Positions 7,862-10,429 of a stretch of 10,429 bases of DNA are shown here, piece by piece (position 1 is the first letter of the stretch; each line of letters opens with the position of its first letter). Under the pieces are notes generated by a model, which was given only the letters and a program-made list of their open reading frames with translations, did not search any database and had not been told where the DNA came from. This DNA comes from Vulcanimicrobiaceae bacterium. Its GTDB lineage: Bacteria > Vulcanimicrobiota > Vulcanimicrobiia > Vulcanimicrobiales > Vulcanimicrobiaceae. The stretch is from contig JBHEMM010000009.1 in NCBI GenBank assembly GCA_046262595.1, positions 1-10,429 of the forward strand, written 5' to 3'. The position numbers and the translations under genes were made by a program.

Positions 7862-8132
7862 ACTGCGCTTCGTAATACGTGTCGCGCAGCGTGCCGAGTT
7901 GAACGTCCTTGGCGTGCCTTCCGTCGCCGCGCAGCACCGCGGCGCTCTTCACCAGCGCGCGGTAGGCGGCGAGCCGCTCGTTCTTCCAATCGGACACTTT
8001 CCAGCGCTGCGGCGCCATGACGCTAAAATCGTACGCCGGCAGCGCGCCTTTTTTCCCGTCCAGCATTTCGAGCTCCACGCGAAACCCTTCCAGGGCAAAG
8101 ATGGCGTCTTCGACTTGTTTTTTGGTGGCCAT
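7839..8132 (-). CDS. Hypothetical protein, 97 aa (MATKKQVEDAIFALEGF...)
   Basis: Protein-like composition starting at ATG 8132. The longer ORF-track start (8225) would overlap the divergent gene. It overlaps the PolDom start by 23 nt. Confidence 0.75.
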   Translation of the reverse strand: MATKKQVEDAIFALEGFRVELEMLDGKKGALPAYDFSVMAPQRWKVSDWKNERLAAYRALVKSAAVLRGDGRHAKDVQLGTLRDTYYEAQYGSAGAD

Positions 8133-8135
8133 GGG

Positions 8136-8141
8136 TATGGT
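8136..8141 (+). promoter_or_regulatory. Putative -10 element (TATGGT) for a leaderless plus-strand gene
   Basis: TANNNT hexamer followed by 6 nt and then ATG at 8148, inside a 15-bp divergent gap with no SD. Confidence 0.45.
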
Positions 8142-8147
8142 CGCAGT

Positions 8148-8501
8148 ATGCCCAAACTCAAGCGCGGCACCCTGCAGGCTATGGCCGTGTACTATGCCGG
8201 TACCGGCGTGTGGCCGCTCGCGCACCGCCGCTCGTTCGAGGCGGTCACCGGGCGCAAGACGGATTGGTGGCTGGTGCAGATGGTCGGTCTACTCGCGCTG
8301 ACCAACGGCATCGCACTTGCCGCCGGCGCCCGCCGAAAGCGCAAACGCCCCTCACCGGAAACGATCGCCCTCGGCATTGCATCGGCGATCTCGTTCGCCG
8401 CAATCGACCTCACCTATGCAGCCACGCGCCGCATTTCGCCGGTGTATCTAGCCGACGCTTTGGTGGAATGCGCTTTCCTTTCGGTCCTGCTGCGGCACTG
8501 A
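8148..8501 (+). CDS. Small hypothetical membrane protein, 117 aa
   Basis: About 3-4 hydrophobic segments. Motifs YYAGTGVWPL-x-H-x-x-SFEAVTG-x-KTD-x-WLV and ID-x-x-Y...RISPVYLADA resemble a conserved uncharacterised membrane family (from recall, not searched). This is the C-terminal part of ORF 7773..8501. Confidence 0.8.
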   Translation: MPKLKRGTLQAMAVYYAGTGVWPLAHRRSFEAVTGRKTDWWLVQMVGLLALTNGIALAAGARRKRKRPSPETIALGIASAISFAAIDLTYAATRRISPVYLADALVECAFLSVLLRH

Positions 8502-8526
8502 GTCGCCTCGTTCGTCCGAAAAACCG

Positions 8527-8562
8527 TTACTCCACGGTCACCGTCTTGGCCAAATTACGCGG
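8527..8562 (-). other. attTn7-type target sequence (glmS 3' end), apparently unoccupied
   Basis: The codons for PRNLAKTVTVE form the conserved glmS 3' end recognised by Tn7 TnsD. No Tn7 ends or tns genes follow downstream. Confidence 0.5.
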
Positions 8563-10368
8563 CTGATCGACGTCTTTGCCCTCGATGTCGGCGATATGGT
8601 ATGCGAGCAGCTGGAGCGGAATGACGTTTACGATGGGCGAGAGCAGTTCGTCCACCTTCGGAACCCAGAACACGTGGTCCGCAATCGCCTTCGCATCGTC
8701 GTCGCCGTGGTTGGCCACGACGATGATCGGCGCTTCACGCGCTTTGGACTCCGCGAGATTCGAGAGGATCTTATCGCGAATGCGTCCGTCGGTCATGATG
8801 CCGATCACCGGCACGTTCGAATCGAGCAGCGCGATCGGCCCGTGCTTCATTTCGCCCGCCGCGTAACCCTCGGCGTGGATATAAGAGATTTCTTTAAGCT
8901 TGAGCGCGCCTTCGAGCGCTGTGGGAAAGTTCACGTAGCGTCCCAGGAACAGCACCGAACGGGCCTTGCGGATCTTCTTCGCGACCTTCTTGATGTCGTC
9001 GCTCGTGTTTAGGACCACGTCCACTGCGGCCGGCAGCAGTTTCGTGTTGTCGACCACTTCGCGCAAACGCTCGAGCGGCGCGCTGGCGCGCAACCGCGCA
9101 AGATAGAGCGCAAACAGCGTCATCGCCGTCACTTGGGAAACGTATGTTTTGGTTGCCGCGACGCCTATTTCCGGGCCGCCGCGCGTAAACACGGTTCCGT
9201 CCGCGATGCGCGTCAAGTGCGAGCCCACGACGTTGCACACGCCCAGGACCGTGCTGCCCGCTTGTTTAGCGATGCGCACCGCTTCCATGGTGTCGGCCGT
9301 CTCGCCGGATTGCGACATTGCGATCGTCAGCGCAGTGGAATCAATGACAGGGTCGCCGTAACGGAATTCGCTGGCAAGCTCCATTTCGACCGGAAGATGC
9401 ACGAGCGATCGCAGCAGATACATGCCGACCATGCCGGCGTGATACGCGGTGCCGCACCCGGTGATCGCAATCTTTGAAATGCCGCGCAGGCGGTCTTCGT
9501 CGATGCCTAGTTCGGCGCCCAGGTGCACGTCGTTGAGCTCGTCCACGCGGCCGGCGAGCGTCTCTTTAATGACGTTCGGCTGCTCGTAGATCTCCTTGAG
9601 CATGAAATGCTTGAAGCCCGACTTTTCCGCCGAGGTGGCGTCCCACATCACTTGCATCACTTCGCGCTCGACCGGCTTGCCGTCGTAGTCCGTCAAGGTA
9701 TAGCCGTCGCGGCTGACGATGACCATCTCGCCTTCTTGTAAAATGATCTCTTTGCGCGTGTATTGCAGAATCGCGGGCGTGTCCGAAGCCACGAACATTT
9801 CGCCCTCGCCGATGCCGACCACCAGCGGGCTTGCGCCGTTGCGCGCGAAGATCAGCGTGTCGGGCGTGTCGGAACTAATAATGCCCAGCGCATAGGCGCC
9901 GGTGACGTCGCGTAAGGTGGCGCGCACGGCGCTCTCCAGGTCGCCGTTCTGAAGGTGATCTTCGATAAGGTGCGCGAGCACTTCCGTGTCGGTCTCGCTC
10001 TTGAATTCGTGCCCGGCGGCGATCAGCCGGGCGCGCAGCGGCCCGTAGTTTTCGATGATGCCGTTGTGCACGACGGCGATCTTGCCCGTGCAGTCCATGT
10101 GCGGGTGCGCGTTTGCGTCGGAGGGACGCCCATGGGTCGCCCAGCGCGTATGGCCGACGCCCACTTTGCCCGAGATGCGCTCGCCGTTGCGCAGGCGCTC
10201 GGCCAAGCGCTGCAGCTTGCCTTCGGCTTTCGAGCCTGTCAGCGCGCCTGCGGCGTCGATGACCGCGATCCCGGCGCTGTCGTATCCGCGGTACTCGAGC
10301 CGCGAGAGCGAATCAAGAATGATAGGAACGCTGTCGCGCTCACCGATATAGCCGACGATGCCGCACAT
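8527..10368 (-). CDS. glmS: Glutamine--fructose-6-phosphate transaminase (isomerizing)
   Basis: MCGIVG (N-terminal nucleophile Cys), LEYRGYDSAG, GHTRWATHG, SQSGETADT, EGALKLKEISY, GEMKHGP and C-terminal PRNLAKTVTVE; 613 aa. Confidence 0.99.
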   Translation of the reverse strand: MCGIVGYIGERDSVPIILDSLSRLEYRGYDSAGIAVIDAAGALTGSKAEGKLQRLAERLRNGERISGKVGVGHTRWATHGRPSDANAHPHMDCTGKIAVVHNGIIENYGPLRARLIAAGHEFKSETDTEVLAHLIEDHLQNGDLESAVRATLRDVTGAYALGIISSDTPDTLIFARNGASPLVVGIGEGEMFVASDTPAILQYTRKEIILQEGEMVIVSRDGYTLTDYDGKPVEREVMQVMWDATSAEKSGFKHFMLKEIYEQPNVIKETLAGRVDELNDVHLGAELGIDEDRLRGISKIAITGCGTAYHAGMVGMYLLRSLVHLPVEMELASEFRYGDPVIDSTALTIAMSQSGETADTMEAVRIAKQAGSTVLGVCNVVGSHLTRIADGTVFTRGGPEIGVAATKTYVSQVTAMTLFALYLARLRASAPLERLREVVDNTKLLPAAVDVVLNTSDDIKKVAKKIRKARSVLFLGRYVNFPTALEGALKLKEISYIHAEGYAAGEMKHGPIALLDSNVPVIGIMTDGRIRDKILSNLAESKAREAPIIVVANHGDDDAKAIADHVFWVPKVDELLSPIVNVIPLQLLAYHIADIEGKDVDQPRNLAKTVTVE

Positions 10369-10377
10369 GAAGAGCTG

Positions 10378-10386
10378 CCCCCCTTA
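10378..10386 (-). promoter_or_regulatory. Shine-Dalgarno site of glmS (TAAGGGGGG)
   Basis: Purine-rich run ending 9 nt upstream of the glmS ATG. Confidence 0.7.
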
Positions 10387-10429
10387 TTTGATTCCTTCCC
10401 GCGTCCGTTGATATTGAATCTTGCCGGCG

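Noticed and set aside
7773..8225. Longer ORF-track starts for the two divergent small genes (7773 plus, 8225 minus)
   Set aside because: They would cause extensive antisense overlaps and the extensions are not protein-like; ATG 8148 and ATG 8132 fit better.
8490..8530. Tn7-like insertion at attTn7
   Set aside because: No TGT...ACA ends, TnsB-site repeats, target duplication or tns genes are visible.
21..10351. Many plus-strand and alternate-frame ORFs (e.g. 534..1211, 3358..3960, 4437..5081, 6319..7002, 6977..8020, 1936..2640)
   Set aside because: They overlap well-supported genes, are Arg/Ala/Ser-rich and lack motifs: shadow ORFs typical of high-GC DNA.
10369..10429. glmS ribozyme, or 3' end of an upstream gene (AGKIQYQRTREGIK*, stop at 10384-10386)
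   Set aside because: Only 61 nt are available. No ribozyme core is recognisable and the peptide is too short to assign.

Overview
GC-rich bacterial chromosomal window with almost all genes on the minus strand. In transcription order: glmS; a small convergent plus-strand membrane-protein gene; then a tightly packed minus-strand run of a 97-aa hypothetical, a stand-alone LigD-type primase-polymerase, rph, a small helical hypothetical, mlaE-mlaF-mlaD, a rhomboid protease, panE and a signal-peptide-bearing tricorn-like protease. The protease runs off the left edge and is missing from the supplied ORF track. The most notable system is a minimal MlaEFD transporter whose 516-aa MCE subunit has a long helical stalk and a probable C-terminal outer-membrane beta-barrel ending in Phe, i.e. 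a candidate trans-envelope lipid bridge. This suggests (inference) a diderm Terrabacteria-type host. Other points: a PolDom with intact catalytic but altered DNA-binding residues and no Ku/ligase nearby, a probable ATA start overlapping the rph stop, divergent genes only 15 bp apart with leaderless-type -10 boxes, and a 19-codon ORF bridging mlaF and mlaD. No mobile element, CRISPR array or RNA gene was seen.
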